This document shows positions 5,543 through 14,997 of a stretch of 24,000 nt of DNA, in pieces (within the stretch, counting starts at the first letter, position 1; every line of letters starts with the position of its first letter). A program made the position numbers and the translations under genes. The stretch lies in NCBI GenBank assembly GCA_001920875.1, contig MNKP01000024.1, positions 5,990 to 29,989 on the forward strand, written 5' to 3'. This DNA is from Acidobacteria bacterium 13_1_20CM_2_55_15. Lineage in GTDB: Bacteria > Acidobacteriota > Terriglobia > 20CM-2-55-15. Below the pieces are notes generated by a model that saw nothing but the letters and a program-made list of their open reading frames with translations, searched no databases and was not told the origin of the DNA.

Positions 5543-8160
5543 GCGCGACAGGAGTGTTCTCTCAACGAAGTCTTGTTACCTGCAGTCTCAATAACGCGCG
5601 CGACCTGAGTGAAGTGGGCAACAAGGCTCATAACCTCAGTCGCATGTTGAAGCTCGGACTGAACGTTCCAGCCGGATTTGTGATCACGAAAACCGCCTTT
5701 GACTTGTTTTGCGAGGCCAACGGTATCGATCTCGGGCAGGAGTCGAAGCCGGATTTGCAAGGCGCAATGATCCCGCGAGTGATTTTCGAAGAACTCTTGG
5801 AACTTCGGTACGCATGTCTGCCGTCCGGACCAGTGGTTGTTCGAAGCTCAGGCATTGGTGAGGATGGCATCAACGCTTCGTTCGCCGGTCAATTGGATTC
5901 CATCCTTCACGTCGAAACTGCCGAAGAAATAGAACGCGCCGTCTTGGCGTGTTGGTCCTCTTATTGGAACGAACGCGTGCTTTGTTACCAACGCACCAAA
6001 GGCGTCCGGTTACGAGGGATGGCCATCATCGTCCAGGCGCAAGTGACGTCTTCTCTGTCGGGCGTCCTTTTCACGGAGGCGCCTCAAGGGCGCGGGCAAC
6101 AAGACGAGATCTGCGTCGAGTATTGCGCTGGCTTTGGCGATGCTCTCGTGTCGGGGCTCGTGAATCCCGGCCGCTTTCGAATCTCTAAAACAGACGGCCG
6201 CTATACCATTGATGAATCCACGACAACATTGGATTCGATAGCGGTACAGTTCCCGTTCGAGGGGCAGCAAATTGCGACATTAGCGCGCGCGGCTGACATT
6301 TTGGAGGCCCACTTCGGGTGGCCCCAGGACGTCGAATGGACGATTGACGATTGCGGTGAATTGTTTCTACTACAATCCCGTCCGATCACCGCGCAGGCTT
6401 CTGTATTCCGTTCTCAAATCCTCTGGTCGAATGCCAACGTCAACGAAAACTTTCCTGCTCCCATAACGCCATTTCTTTATTCGATCGCGCGCGAAGGCTA
6501 CTACCACTACTTTCGGAATCTTGCAAAAGCCTTCGGTCTGTCCGCGAGCCGCATCCGGGCGATGGAACATTCTCTTCGGTATCTTGTCGGAGTCCATCAC
6601 GCCCGGATTTACTACAACCTGACGAGCATTCACTCGGTGCTTCGAATGGCGCCATTCGGCGAAGAGTTGGCTGAGTTTTTCAACGACTTCGTTGGCGTGG
6701 ACGCCATGGCCCCGGTCAGACCTGCGCCGAACAGATCGCGGTGGTTCCAGGCATTGGAGCTCTGCAGGATTGGGATCAAGACGACATGGCAGTACGCACT
6801 TCTGGCACGACGCGTCGAGCAATTCGAGCGCTGCGCCGACGATTGGGCACGCACGACAGTCCCGGCGGACCTTCAAAGCCAATCCTTGCTCGCACTCCGT
6901 GACGATCTGCGCCGTTTTATGGAGATCCGCTGTCATCGATGGACGAATGCTTCGCTGGCGGATGCGGCGTCGATGATTTGCTACGGGGTTTTGAAGCTGT
7001 TGTTGCGCAGTACATATCCTGATGCCGGAGAATCCGCGCTTCACAATAATTTGCTGAAAGGGCTTGGCGGCGTTGTCAGTGTGAAGCCTGCGATTGACTT
7101 GTGGGAACTGTCCCGAAAAATTCTGGCCGATCCCGAAACGGCGCGGTGGTTTAGGTATAGCGAAAGCCGCGACCTCATGCGCGCACTCCCGGCGGAACCG
7201 AAACGGCAGTGGCTGTTTGCGGAAGTGAATGACTATCTCGAACGATGGGGATTCCGGTTTTCCGGCGAACTGATGTTGACACAGCCCAGCTTTCAGGAGG
7301 ACCCAGCGCCTCTATTCGACATGTTGAAAACGTACCTAGACGCTAAAGATGCGGCACCGATCGAAGCCGTCCAGCAGCTCGAATACGAACGAATCTCCGC
7401 CACTGCAAACCTTCTCAATGACCTTCGCCGGACGAAGCGAATTCCCAGAGTACCGCGATGTCTTCAGGCGCCGCTTATGCGTCTCGCATTGAACGCAACA
7501 CGGCGGGCTATCCAACTCCGTGAGCGAGTACGGTCAAAGCAGGCGCTCCTTTATAACGGCTGCCGGCGAATTGCGCTCGCAATTGGCAAACAGCTTGTTC
7601 GTGCGGGCACGTTCGTGAATGCCGACGACATCTTTTTCCTGACGTACCAGGAGTTAGATGAATTCCTCACCGGGAACGCGATGTTTCCGGGCATCGTCGC
7701 GGAGACTGTTGCGCTTCGAAAGCGTGCGCATGAAGTGAGTAGCGATTCTTCGGCGCCGGATATCTTCACTTTATCCGAAGGCGCCTACCGGCCAACCGAA
7801 ACGCATGGCAGCGGTGACCGGCCACCTATGCCGTCGGCTATGGACATGTCGGGTATCGGTGCATGCGGTGGGCAAGTGTGTGCGCGAGCGACGGTGCTTG
7901 GAAGCGTGGCGGACGCGCACCTGCTCTCGGTTGGGGACATTCTGGTGACGCGCCAGACTGATCCCGGTTGGGCTCCGGTTTTCTCTTTGATTCGCGGATT
8001 AGTCATCGAAAGGGGCGGCATGCTTTCTCATGGGGCAATCATCGCCAGAGAGTTCGGCCTGCCCTGCGTAGTGGGTGTGAGAAATGCTACATCGGTAATT
8101 CGTCAAGGTTCCTTGCTATCGATCGATGGAGATCGAGGACATGTTCGAATCTTGGATTGA
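5539..8160 (+). CDS. PEP-utilising phosphotransferase with PpsA/rifampicin-phosphotransferase-like architecture (873 aa)
   Basis: The N-terminal PPDK_N/ATP-grasp region has the motifs EVGNKAHNLSRMLKLGLNVPAGFVIT and VVVRSSGIGEDGINASFAGQLDS. The C-terminal swivelling His domain reads TDPGWAPVFSLIRGLVIERGGMLSHGAIIAREFGLPCVVGV. The start overlaps the upstream stop as ATGA, and GAAGGAG lies 8-14 nt upstream. Confidence 0.9.
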   Translation: MSATGVFSQRSLVTCSLNNARDLSEVGNKAHNLSRMLKLGLNVPAGFVITKTAFDLFCEANGIDLGQESKPDLQGAMIPRVIFEELLELRYACLPSGPVVVRSSGIGEDGINASFAGQLDSILHVETAEEIERAVLACWSSYWNERVLCYQRTKGVRLRGMAIIVQAQVTSSLSGVLFTEAPQGRGQQDEICVEYCAGFGDALVSGLVNPGRFRISKTDGRYTIDESTTTLDSIAVQFPFEGQQIATLARAADILEAHFGWPQDVEWTIDDCGELFLLQSRPITAQASVFRSQILWSNANVNENFPAPITPFLYSIAREGYYHYFRNLAKAFGLSASRIRAMEHSLRYLVGVHHARIYYNLTSIHSVLRMAPFGEELAEFFNDFVGVDAMAPVRPAPNRSRWFQALELCRIGIKTTWQYALLARRVEQFERCADDWARTTVPADLQSQSLLALRDDLRRFMEIRCHRWTNASLADAASMICYGVLKLLLRSTYPDAGESALHNNLLKGLGGVVSVKPAIDLWELSRKILADPETARWFRYSESRDLMRALPAEPKRQWLFAEVNDYLERWGFRFSGELMLTQPSFQEDPAPLFDMLKTYLDAKDAAPIEAVQQLEYERISATANLLNDLRRTKRIPRVPRCLQAPLMRLALNATRRAIQLRERVRSKQALLYNGCRRIALAIGKQLVRAGTFVNADDIFFLTYQELDEFLTGNAMFPGIVAETVALRKRAHEVSSDSSAPDIFTLSEGAYRPTETHGSGDRPPMPSAMDMSGIGACGGQVCARATVLGSVADAHLLSVGDILVTRQTDPGWAPVFSLIRGLVIERGGMLSHGAIIAREFGLPCVVGVRNATSVIRQGSLLSIDGDRGHVRILD

Positions 8161-8788
8161 GACTTTTCGGCTTTACCGGCGCGAGCGATTCCCGCTCCGA
8201 ATATTTGCTCTTGTGGCAGTGGTCTTAACCCTTGCAGCTTTCGTGGAAGGCATACCGCATGACTGGTTCGAGGTCCTTCTCTCATGGATGGCGAGCGTAC
8301 TCCTGCTGCTCCAGTTCCGTATCTGGGATGATCTCGGCGACCGGAATCACGACGCCGCTCATCATCCTGACCGTGTCCTTTCGCGTTGCCATCGCGTTTC
8401 TGCATTCTACCTACTTCTTGCCTTCATTGGTTTGTCGAATTGGATCGTTTTGCTACTGCTCGGTCACTCGACGATTCCTTTTCTTCTGGTCTGCGCCGCC
8501 GCATCCTTTTGGTATACGCACGTCGACGGGGCGTTGCGCCGCGGCATTGCGGGACGGCATGTGTTGCTGTTGAAGTATCCGGTATTCGTCTGGCTGATCG
8601 CTCCGTCTCACCCGCCTGAATTGATTTCATCGATGGCTATCGTTTATCTCAGCGGCGCAATTTATGAACTACTCCATGATCGTGAGATTCGCTCGCGTCC
8701 TCAGGCGAGGCTTCTCGTTGCAATTGAGGTCTGTGCGCTCGGCGGCATCGCAGCCGTAGTGCTACGGGTCTTGGGAGAATCACTATGA
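8126..8788 (+). CDS. polytopic membrane protein with a UbiA-type Asp-rich motif (short UbiA-like prenyl/alkyl-transferase candidate)
   Basis: About six hydrophobic helices. FRIWDDLGDRNHD fits the first UbiA-family motif (N/D)DxxDxxxD. I could not identify a clear second DxxxD motif. At 220 aa it is shorter than typical UbiA enzymes. ATG 8141 is an alternative start. Confidence 0.6.
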   Translation: MEIEDMFESWIETFRLYRRERFPLRIFALVAVVLTLAAFVEGIPHDWFEVLLSWMASVLLLLQFRIWDDLGDRNHDAAHHPDRVLSRCHRVSAFYLLLAFIGLSNWIVLLLLGHSTIPFLLVCAAASFWYTHVDGALRRGIAGRHVLLLKYPVFVWLIAPSHPPELISSMAIVYLSGAIYELLHDREIRSRPQARLLVAIEVCALGGIAAVVLRVLGESL

Positions 8789-9753
8789 GTACGGCAACCG
8801 CATTTAAGCCGCTCTTCGAGAATTTTGTTTTTGAGACCGTCTCGTGCTACTCCTGCGGTAGCGCGTCCAGCAAGGAGTTCATCGTTGCTCAGGATGATCT
8901 GACGGGCAAACCGGGAAGCTTCAGGTTCGTTACTTGCCAGGATTGCGGGCTGACGTACCAAAATCCTCGAATCCGAATCGATCGAATCAAATCCTATTAC
9001 GACGACGAGTACATCGCGCACCGCAAGAAGACCGACTGGGGGCGTCTCACCTGGTTTTACAACTGGGTGATGGATAGGCATGACATCGATAAAGATCGAA
9101 TCATCCGCAGGTATGTTGAGCTGGGTCCGCAAAGCGAGATTCTCGATGTGGGCTGCGCCGTAGGCACTTTCCTCCAGAAGATGCGGACGCTCTACGATGC
9201 ACGTGTTTCAGGAGTCGACTTCAAAGACCTTTCGCACAGCTCCACGCTGGACGGAGTCGAGTTTCACTGCGGGCTTTTTTATAACCAGCGTCTCGCGAGC
9301 GGCCGCTTCGATCTTGTAACGATGTGGCACTTCCTCGAACATGATTATGATCCTTTGCGAACGCTCTTGATGGCGAAGAGAGTGTTGAAGCCGGAAGGGC
9401 GCCTCGTGATTGAAGTGCCTCGGCTGGATAGCGTCACTTTCCGTTTATATCGTGAGCGTTGGCCTGGCTTGCAGGCTCCGCAGCACACGGTTCTATTTGA
9501 GAGAAGGACACTACTAAATCTCATCGAAAAATGCGGTCTGGAAGTCGTGGACTATCTCCCTTACGGCGCTTTCCCGCCTTACTTCTACATCTTCGCCGGC
9601 GCAGCATTCAAGATTCTCAAAGGTCGTGGTCTCAATCTTTCGAAGGCCATCGTTCCTTATTTTCTGGGGCAGATTCTCCTGCTGCCCCTGTTGATGGCGG
9701 AGCGCCAACTCAATCTCGCGATGCAAACCGTCATTTGCAGGAGGAAACCATGA
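8785..9753 (+). CDS. class I SAM-dependent methyltransferase with an N-terminal Cys4 zinc ribbon
   Basis: CYSCGS...CQDCGLTYQNP forms the zinc ribbon. ILDVGCAVGTFL is SAM motif I, and LKPEGRLVIEVP is the post-II/III region. The start overlaps the upstream stop as ATGA. Confidence 0.9.
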   Translation: MSTATAFKPLFENFVFETVSCYSCGSASSKEFIVAQDDLTGKPGSFRFVTCQDCGLTYQNPRIRIDRIKSYYDDEYIAHRKKTDWGRLTWFYNWVMDRHDIDKDRIIRRYVELGPQSEILDVGCAVGTFLQKMRTLYDARVSGVDFKDLSHSSTLDGVEFHCGLFYNQRLASGRFDLVTMWHFLEHDYDPLRTLLMAKRVLKPEGRLVIEVPRLDSVTFRLYRERWPGLQAPQHTVLFERRTLLNLIEKCGLEVVDYLPYGAFPPYFYIFAGAAFKILKGRGLNLSKAIVPYFLGQILLLPLLMAERQLNLAMQTVICRRKP

Positions 9754-10571
9754 GCTCTGTAATCAGAGAAGCGAAGGCAAAAACTGGAATGCTGAACAAT
9801 CCTGAAGTACAAGAATCGCTCAGTATCCCTGATTTTCCTCAGCAGCGATGGCGTCCGTATTTTCTATTGGTCGCAAGCAGCGTGCTGTTGACGTTCTGCG
9901 CCGCCGTCATGTTCCTCGTCGCCTTATTTACAGGATTCCAATTGCGGCGGTTCTACTCCGAAGTGTTGGGTCGGCGGCTGGGAAAGGCCGTCCTGACTTT
10001 GTGCGGCGTCCGGATCGAGCAGCATGGACCGGCCCCCCTGCCGAATATTCAAACGATCTTTATCGCGAACCACACGTCTACGCTGGATGTGTTTATCCTT
10101 CTCGCCCTGGGATTGCCTCGAACACGATTCTTCCTCAAACGTAAATACAGGCTGATTCCTCCACTCGCGGTCATCAGTTATCTCGTCGGTGTTTTCTTTA
10201 CGCCGCCCCAAACCAACCGTGCGAAGCGCGTGCGCTGTTTCCAACATGCCGAAGACGTGTTGCGGCGAACCGGCGATTCTGTTTTCTTGAGTCCAGAAGG
10301 AACGCGAATCACCTCGGGACAGATTGGGCCATTCAACAAAGGCGCTTTTCATCTGGCGACGGCCCTGCGGGCGCCCATCGTTCCTATCTTTATCGTCATT
10401 CCAAGGAACATCAACCCCGGCCGGGGATTTGCGGCGCTTCCCGGCGTAGTTCATGTTTACTTTCAATCTCCGATTCCGACGACAGACTGGAAGCTTAGTG
10501 ATCTGGATAGAAACAAGACTGCCGTTCGAGACTACTTTGCTGGATTGAACGTGACCTTAGGACTGAGATGA
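9750..10571 (+). CDS. lysophospholipid / 1-acyl-sn-glycerol-3-phosphate acyltransferase (PlsC/AGPAT family)
   Basis: NHTSTLD is the HX4D motif, FLSPEGTR is the PEGTR motif, and APIVPIFI is also present. There is an N-terminal TM helix. I used internal ATG 9750 of track ORF 9531..10571; it has GGAGGA 4 nt upstream and overlaps the methyltransferase stop as ATGA. Confidence 0.9.
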   Translation: MSSVIREAKAKTGMLNNPEVQESLSIPDFPQQRWRPYFLLVASSVLLTFCAAVMFLVALFTGFQLRRFYSEVLGRRLGKAVLTLCGVRIEQHGPAPLPNIQTIFIANHTSTLDVFILLALGLPRTRFFLKRKYRLIPPLAVISYLVGVFFTPPQTNRAKRVRCFQHAEDVLRRTGDSVFLSPEGTRITSGQIGPFNKGAFHLATALRAPIVPIFIVIPRNINPGRGFAALPGVVHVYFQSPIPTTDWKLSDLDRNKTAVRDYFAGLNVTLGLR

Positions 10572-12328
10572 TTCCAAACCAGTTTCGAACCTTGGCCGAT
10601 GTGCTTCGGTATCGCACTGAAACGCAGGCATTCGAGGCCGCCTATACATTTTTGAATGACGGTGAAGCCGAAGGCCGCACCATCACGTATCGTGATCTCG
10701 ATTTTCAAAGCCGAGCGCTTGCAGTAATGTTGCGTGACTGGCGCATACAGCGTCCGTTGCTGGTCTATCCTCCTGGGCTCGATTTCATCGTGTCTTTCTT
10801 CGCCTGCATTTATGCCCGCATCACACCTGTGCCTGCAGGTCTCGCTCATATCATGCGCCTCGGCCGCTCCTTGACACGCCTTGCCGCCGTGGCGCGTGAT
10901 GCAGACGCGGATGCCGTTCTCAGTGTTACGCGAGTCATTGACCGAGCGTTCACTGATCCGGATTTCATGAATCGATCGCAGGAGCTCGGTCGAATGCGAT
11001 GGCTCGCGACCGATCGCTGTGATGAAGCTCTGGGCGCATGTTATCAAGATGCTTTGCTGCCATCCGACATGCCGGCGTTCATACAGTACACGTCCGGTTC
11101 GACATCGATTCCAAAAGGAGTCGTCGTCACTCATCGAAACCTGCTTCACAATTTGAGTTACTGCAACGAGGTGGAGGAGAACGGCCGCGATACGATCTCC
11201 GTCTCATGGCTGCCTCACAGCCACGATATGGGCTTGATCGAAGCTATCCTGCTCCCGACTTTCGCGGGCTATCGCGCCTACCTCATGTCTCCCGCATCAT
11301 TTCTCCGCCGGCCGGCGCGGTGGCTCGAGGCTATTACACGCTTTCGCGCGACCAACAGCGGTGGGCCCAATTTCGCTTTCGATCTGTGCGTTGAAAAGAT
11401 TTCCGCCGAAGAACAGGAGAATCTAGATCTCACCTCCTGGCGCGTCGCTTACAACGGCTCGGAGACGATTCGGAGTGAGACTTTATTGCGGTTTCGCCAA
11501 AGATTCGAACGCTCCGGATTCCGCTGGAACGCATTTTATCCGGTTTATGGGCTGGCTGAATCGACACTCCTGGTTTCGAGCGGTCATGCGGCAGATGTGC
11601 CAGTGGTTCGGGAACTCGATGCAGAGGCGTTAGGTCGAGGCATCGTGGCAGCTCCGCAACACCGCACTGCCAAGACTATCAGCGTCGTCGCGAGCGGCAG
11701 GACACAGTCCCATACTCGAATCGTCATCGCGGATCCGGAAACACTTGTCAAGTGTGGCGCAAATGAAGTCGGCGAAATCTGGATCGCGGGACCCAGCGTT
11801 GCCAATGGTTACTGGCAGAAGCCGGCCGAAACCGAGGCGGCGTTTCATGCCTATTTCGAGGACAGCCAGGATGGGCCATTCTTACGAACGGGCGATCTCG
11901 GCTTCTTGTCGGATGGACAGCTCTTTGTGACCGGGCGGATCAAAGACGTTATAAATATTCGCGGATTCAAACATTATCCGCAAGACATTGAGCACACTGT
12001 TAGTCAGAGTCCTGCCGCCATCTTAATGAGTGGCTGTGCCGCATTCGCCGTCGATGGAGATGGAACCGAGCAACTCGCCGTTGTCATCGAGGTCCTTCCG
12101 AAGTTGTCTCAGGATTTCGACGATTGGAGCGATCAGGCCATAACCGCTATCCAGAGTGCGGTAACGGAACGGCACGGAATAAGGATCCAGTCGCTGGCGC
12201 TTGCGCCTTACGGATCGATTCCGAAAACGACGAGCGGAAAACTTCAACGGCAACTGTGCCGCAGGTGGTTCATCGACGGTAGCCTGCAGACGGTTCGCAT
12301 CTGGAGTCACGACGGAGAACGAGCATGA
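10568..12328 (+). CDS. fatty acyl-AMP ligase (FAAL-type adenylating enzyme)
   Basis: FIQYTSGSTSIPKGVVVTHRNLLHN is the AMP-binding core. VSWLPHSHDMGLI is a motif typical of FAALs such as FadD32. GDLGF...GRIKD is also present. The start overlaps the upstream stop as ATGA. Confidence 0.9.
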   Translation: MIPNQFRTLADVLRYRTETQAFEAAYTFLNDGEAEGRTITYRDLDFQSRALAVMLRDWRIQRPLLVYPPGLDFIVSFFACIYARITPVPAGLAHIMRLGRSLTRLAAVARDADADAVLSVTRVIDRAFTDPDFMNRSQELGRMRWLATDRCDEALGACYQDALLPSDMPAFIQYTSGSTSIPKGVVVTHRNLLHNLSYCNEVEENGRDTISVSWLPHSHDMGLIEAILLPTFAGYRAYLMSPASFLRRPARWLEAITRFRATNSGGPNFAFDLCVEKISAEEQENLDLTSWRVAYNGSETIRSETLLRFRQRFERSGFRWNAFYPVYGLAESTLLVSSGHAADVPVVRELDAEALGRGIVAAPQHRTAKTISVVASGRTQSHTRIVIADPETLVKCGANEVGEIWIAGPSVANGYWQKPAETEAAFHAYFEDSQDGPFLRTGDLGFLSDGQLFVTGRIKDVINIRGFKHYPQDIEHTVSQSPAAILMSGCAAFAVDGDGTEQLAVVIEVLPKLSQDFDDWSDQAITAIQSAVTERHGIRIQSLALAPYGSIPKTTSGKLQRQLCRRWFIDGSLQTVRIWSHDGERA

Positions 12329-14997
12329 GTTCCGCTATAACCGTTGCATCAGGCCAGATAGAAGAATTCCTTCAGCATCGTGTCGCGGAGATCGCTGGAG
12401 TGACGCCATCCAGCGTCAGCTTGAGCACGGCCTTATCGCGCCTCGGAGTGGATTCGCTCGGTATGCTTCACCTGATCGAGGGCATCGAAAGCGAATTGGG
12501 AACAGAAATTCCAAACGCGATCTGCTTGGACGGTCTCACCATTCAGTCGCTTGCAGAAGTTTTGGCTGCTTGTGTACCGGGCGCACGGCGCGCAACCGTT
12601 AATCTGGCCCAAGAGATGGCGGCCGACAGCAAACTTCCGGAGGACATTCGCCCTGCGCCAGGCCCAGCCGTGGCGCTGCCTCGATCGATTCTGCTAACCG
12701 GTGCGACGGGCTTTCTTGGGGCCTACTTGCTACGTTCGCTTCTGCGAAACACGAAAGCGCAGGTTGTTTGCCTGGTCAGGCCAGACAAAGACGACGGTCA
12801 AACCAGGGTTCGGCGGAATCTCGAGCGCTACGGAATCTGGGATGACGGATTCGACCATCGCATTGCGATACTCGAGGCAGACATTACGCAGCCGCATTTG
12901 GGCCTGCCACCTTCTTCATTTGACGCCCTGGCAATCACCATCGACGTCGTGTTTCACGCAGCGGCGGCGGTGAATTGGGTGCACTCTTATACGCGGCTGC
13001 GGCACACGAACGTGCTGGCCCTTCGCGAGTTGTTGGGCTTGGCCTGCCGCCACAGGTCAAAACCCTTTCATCTCATTTCGACTCTGGCTGTGTGCTACTC
13101 GATGACAGGTTCGCGAGAGGTTTCAGAGACTGACGATGTGTTTGCAGATGTGGCTGGAATCCATCTGGGATATGCGCAAAGCAAATGCGTTGCGGAGTCC
13201 CTCGTGAAAACCGCAGCGCAGCGCGGCTTGCCGGTATCGATCGTTCGGCCCGCTCTTATCTCAGGCAACAGCGTTACGGGCATCTCCAATACCGAGGACT
13301 TCGTTTCGAAGTTTATCAGGGCGTGCGTACAAATGGGCGCGGCCCCGGATCTTGACTGGCTCCTGGACTTTTTGCCCGTCGACTTTGCGGCGGAAGCGAT
13401 TACGCGCCTTGTATTGAACGGAAATTTGGAGCCATTTCGAGTTTTCCATTTAGCGAATCCAAAGCTCAGACATTGGCGCGAGTTGATATTATGGATGAAC
13501 CTGTTTGGATATCGCGTCGAACTGCTTCACTACCAGGATTGGCTGCATCGGCTCAATGCCGATGTACGTAATGATAGGGAACATCCGTTACGAGACCTTC
13601 TCCCATTTTTTCTACATCGTCCTGCAGGACAGAAGGGACTTTATCTGCCTCAGTTGTACGAGGAATCCCGGCGGCGCAAAGCACGGTTCGATGCCACGCG
13701 GGAGCTGCTGGAGCGCGAAGATCTGACGTGTCCGCAATTGTCCACTCGTTTACTGGATCGTTACTTCGAATCCTACATTGATCGTAAGTTTCTGCCGCCA
13801 GTCGAAAGGTCCCATCGAACGGACCCTCCTGCCGCTGATGAACATCTGCAATTCGACGCGTGCTTCTTTAACTCTGTGATTGGAAACCACGAGGTGACCC
13901 GCGCGCGACCGCTTGAATTCTCCGGTGGTCATAGCGTGATCGGCGAACTGACATCGTGGAAGTACGGCCACTCGATCGGGCTGCACGGCTATCGTCTCGA
14001 ATTTGGGGACGGGCAACGTGAGCGTGACGTGATCGTGAAGGTGAAAGCGCGCGATAAGGAAGTAACGGCCGTCGGGCAAACCTTAGCAGCATTGTGCAGT
14101 CCCGCTCTCGGCTGCGCCTACGAGCGTTTCTCCGATTGTCTAGGCTTGACCGGGTGTGATACTCGCGAACTCTCTGTCTACCAGCAGGATGATGCTCGTT
14201 TCCGTCGATTCACTCCGGGGTTTTACGGTGGACGATCGGATCATGCGCGAACGGTTCTGGTCCTGGAAAAGCTGTCGCGGTTGGAAATGATGGACTCGGT
14301 CGAGTCTGTACACACTTGGCCTGCCAAATACATCGAAGCGGCCATTCAAGGAATCGCGCGGCTCCACGCCATTTGGTACGGAGTGCAACTGGGGCGTGCC
14401 GTGAACCAATCGTGGTCTAATCAGGTTCTCCATCGAAAACAGTTTGCGGAGGCCAGGGATCTTTGGGTTGCCCTGGCGGACCACGCCTGCCCGATTTTTT
14501 CGCCTTGGATAGGTCCCGAATGCGGCGCGATACAATCCGTTCTCATCGAGCGCCTGGATGAGTTCTGGCGGCTTCATGAAGGCATGTCGCATACCTTGAT
14601 CCATAATGATTTCAATCCTCGAAACCTCGGATTCCGACGCTCAGGCAGCGAATTGAGCCTTTGCCTCTACGATTGGGAACTCGCGACGGTCGATCTTCCG
14701 CAACATGACCTTGCCGAGCTCCTGTGCTTCGTACTTGGAGCAGACGTGCAACGGTCCGATCTCCTTCGTTACATCGAAATGCACCGGACGGCATTACAAG
14801 ACGCGACGGCACAACAGATTGATGACACTTCTTGGGTGCTCGGCTTTTGCCTATCGCTGTATGACCTGATGATCAATCGGCTGCCAGCTTATGCAATGAT
14901 TCACCGTTTTAATGAGCAGCGTTTTCTCGAACGTGTAATTCGTACATGGAAGGGAATATTCGATGTCGTATCCAGCACGATATATTCGCCTTTGTAA
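12325..14997 (+). CDS. tri-domain fusion: acyl carrier protein + thioester reductase (NAD-binding SDR) + APH/choline-kinase-like phosphotransferase
   Basis: The ACP domain has LGVDSLGM, with the phosphopantetheine Ser at residue 44. The reductase domain has LLTGATGFLGAYLL from residue 123 and YAQSK (YxxxK). The C-terminal kinase fold has LIHNDFNPRN (HxDxxxxN, His at nt 14602) and LYDWE. The start overlaps the FAAL stop as ATGA. Confidence 0.9.
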   Translation: MSSAITVASGQIEEFLQHRVAEIAGVTPSSVSLSTALSRLGVDSLGMLHLIEGIESELGTEIPNAICLDGLTIQSLAEVLAACVPGARRATVNLAQEMAADSKLPEDIRPAPGPAVALPRSILLTGATGFLGAYLLRSLLRNTKAQVVCLVRPDKDDGQTRVRRNLERYGIWDDGFDHRIAILEADITQPHLGLPPSSFDALAITIDVVFHAAAAVNWVHSYTRLRHTNVLALRELLGLACRHRSKPFHLISTLAVCYSMTGSREVSETDDVFADVAGIHLGYAQSKCVAESLVKTAAQRGLPVSIVRPALISGNSVTGISNTEDFVSKFIRACVQMGAAPDLDWLLDFLPVDFAAEAITRLVLNGNLEPFRVFHLANPKLRHWRELILWMNLFGYRVELLHYQDWLHRLNADVRNDREHPLRDLLPFFLHRPAGQKGLYLPQLYEESRRRKARFDATRELLEREDLTCPQLSTRLLDRYFESYIDRKFLPPVERSHRTDPPAADEHLQFDACFFNSVIGNHEVTRARPLEFSGGHSVIGELTSWKYGHSIGLHGYRLEFGDGQRERDVIVKVKARDKEVTAVGQTLAALCSPALGCAYERFSDCLGLTGCDTRELSVYQQDDARFRRFTPGFYGGRSDHARTVLVLEKLSRLEMMDSVESVHTWPAKYIEAAIQGIARLHAIWYGVQLGRAVNQSWSNQVLHRKQFAEARDLWVALADHACPIFSPWIGPECGAIQSVLIERLDEFWRLHEGMSHTLIHNDFNPRNLGFRRSGSELSLCLYDWELATVDLPQHDLAELLCFVLGADVQRSDLLRYIEMHRTALQDATAQQIDDTSWVLGFCLSLYDLMINRLPAYAMIHRFNEQRFLERVIRTWKGIFDVVSSTIYSPL

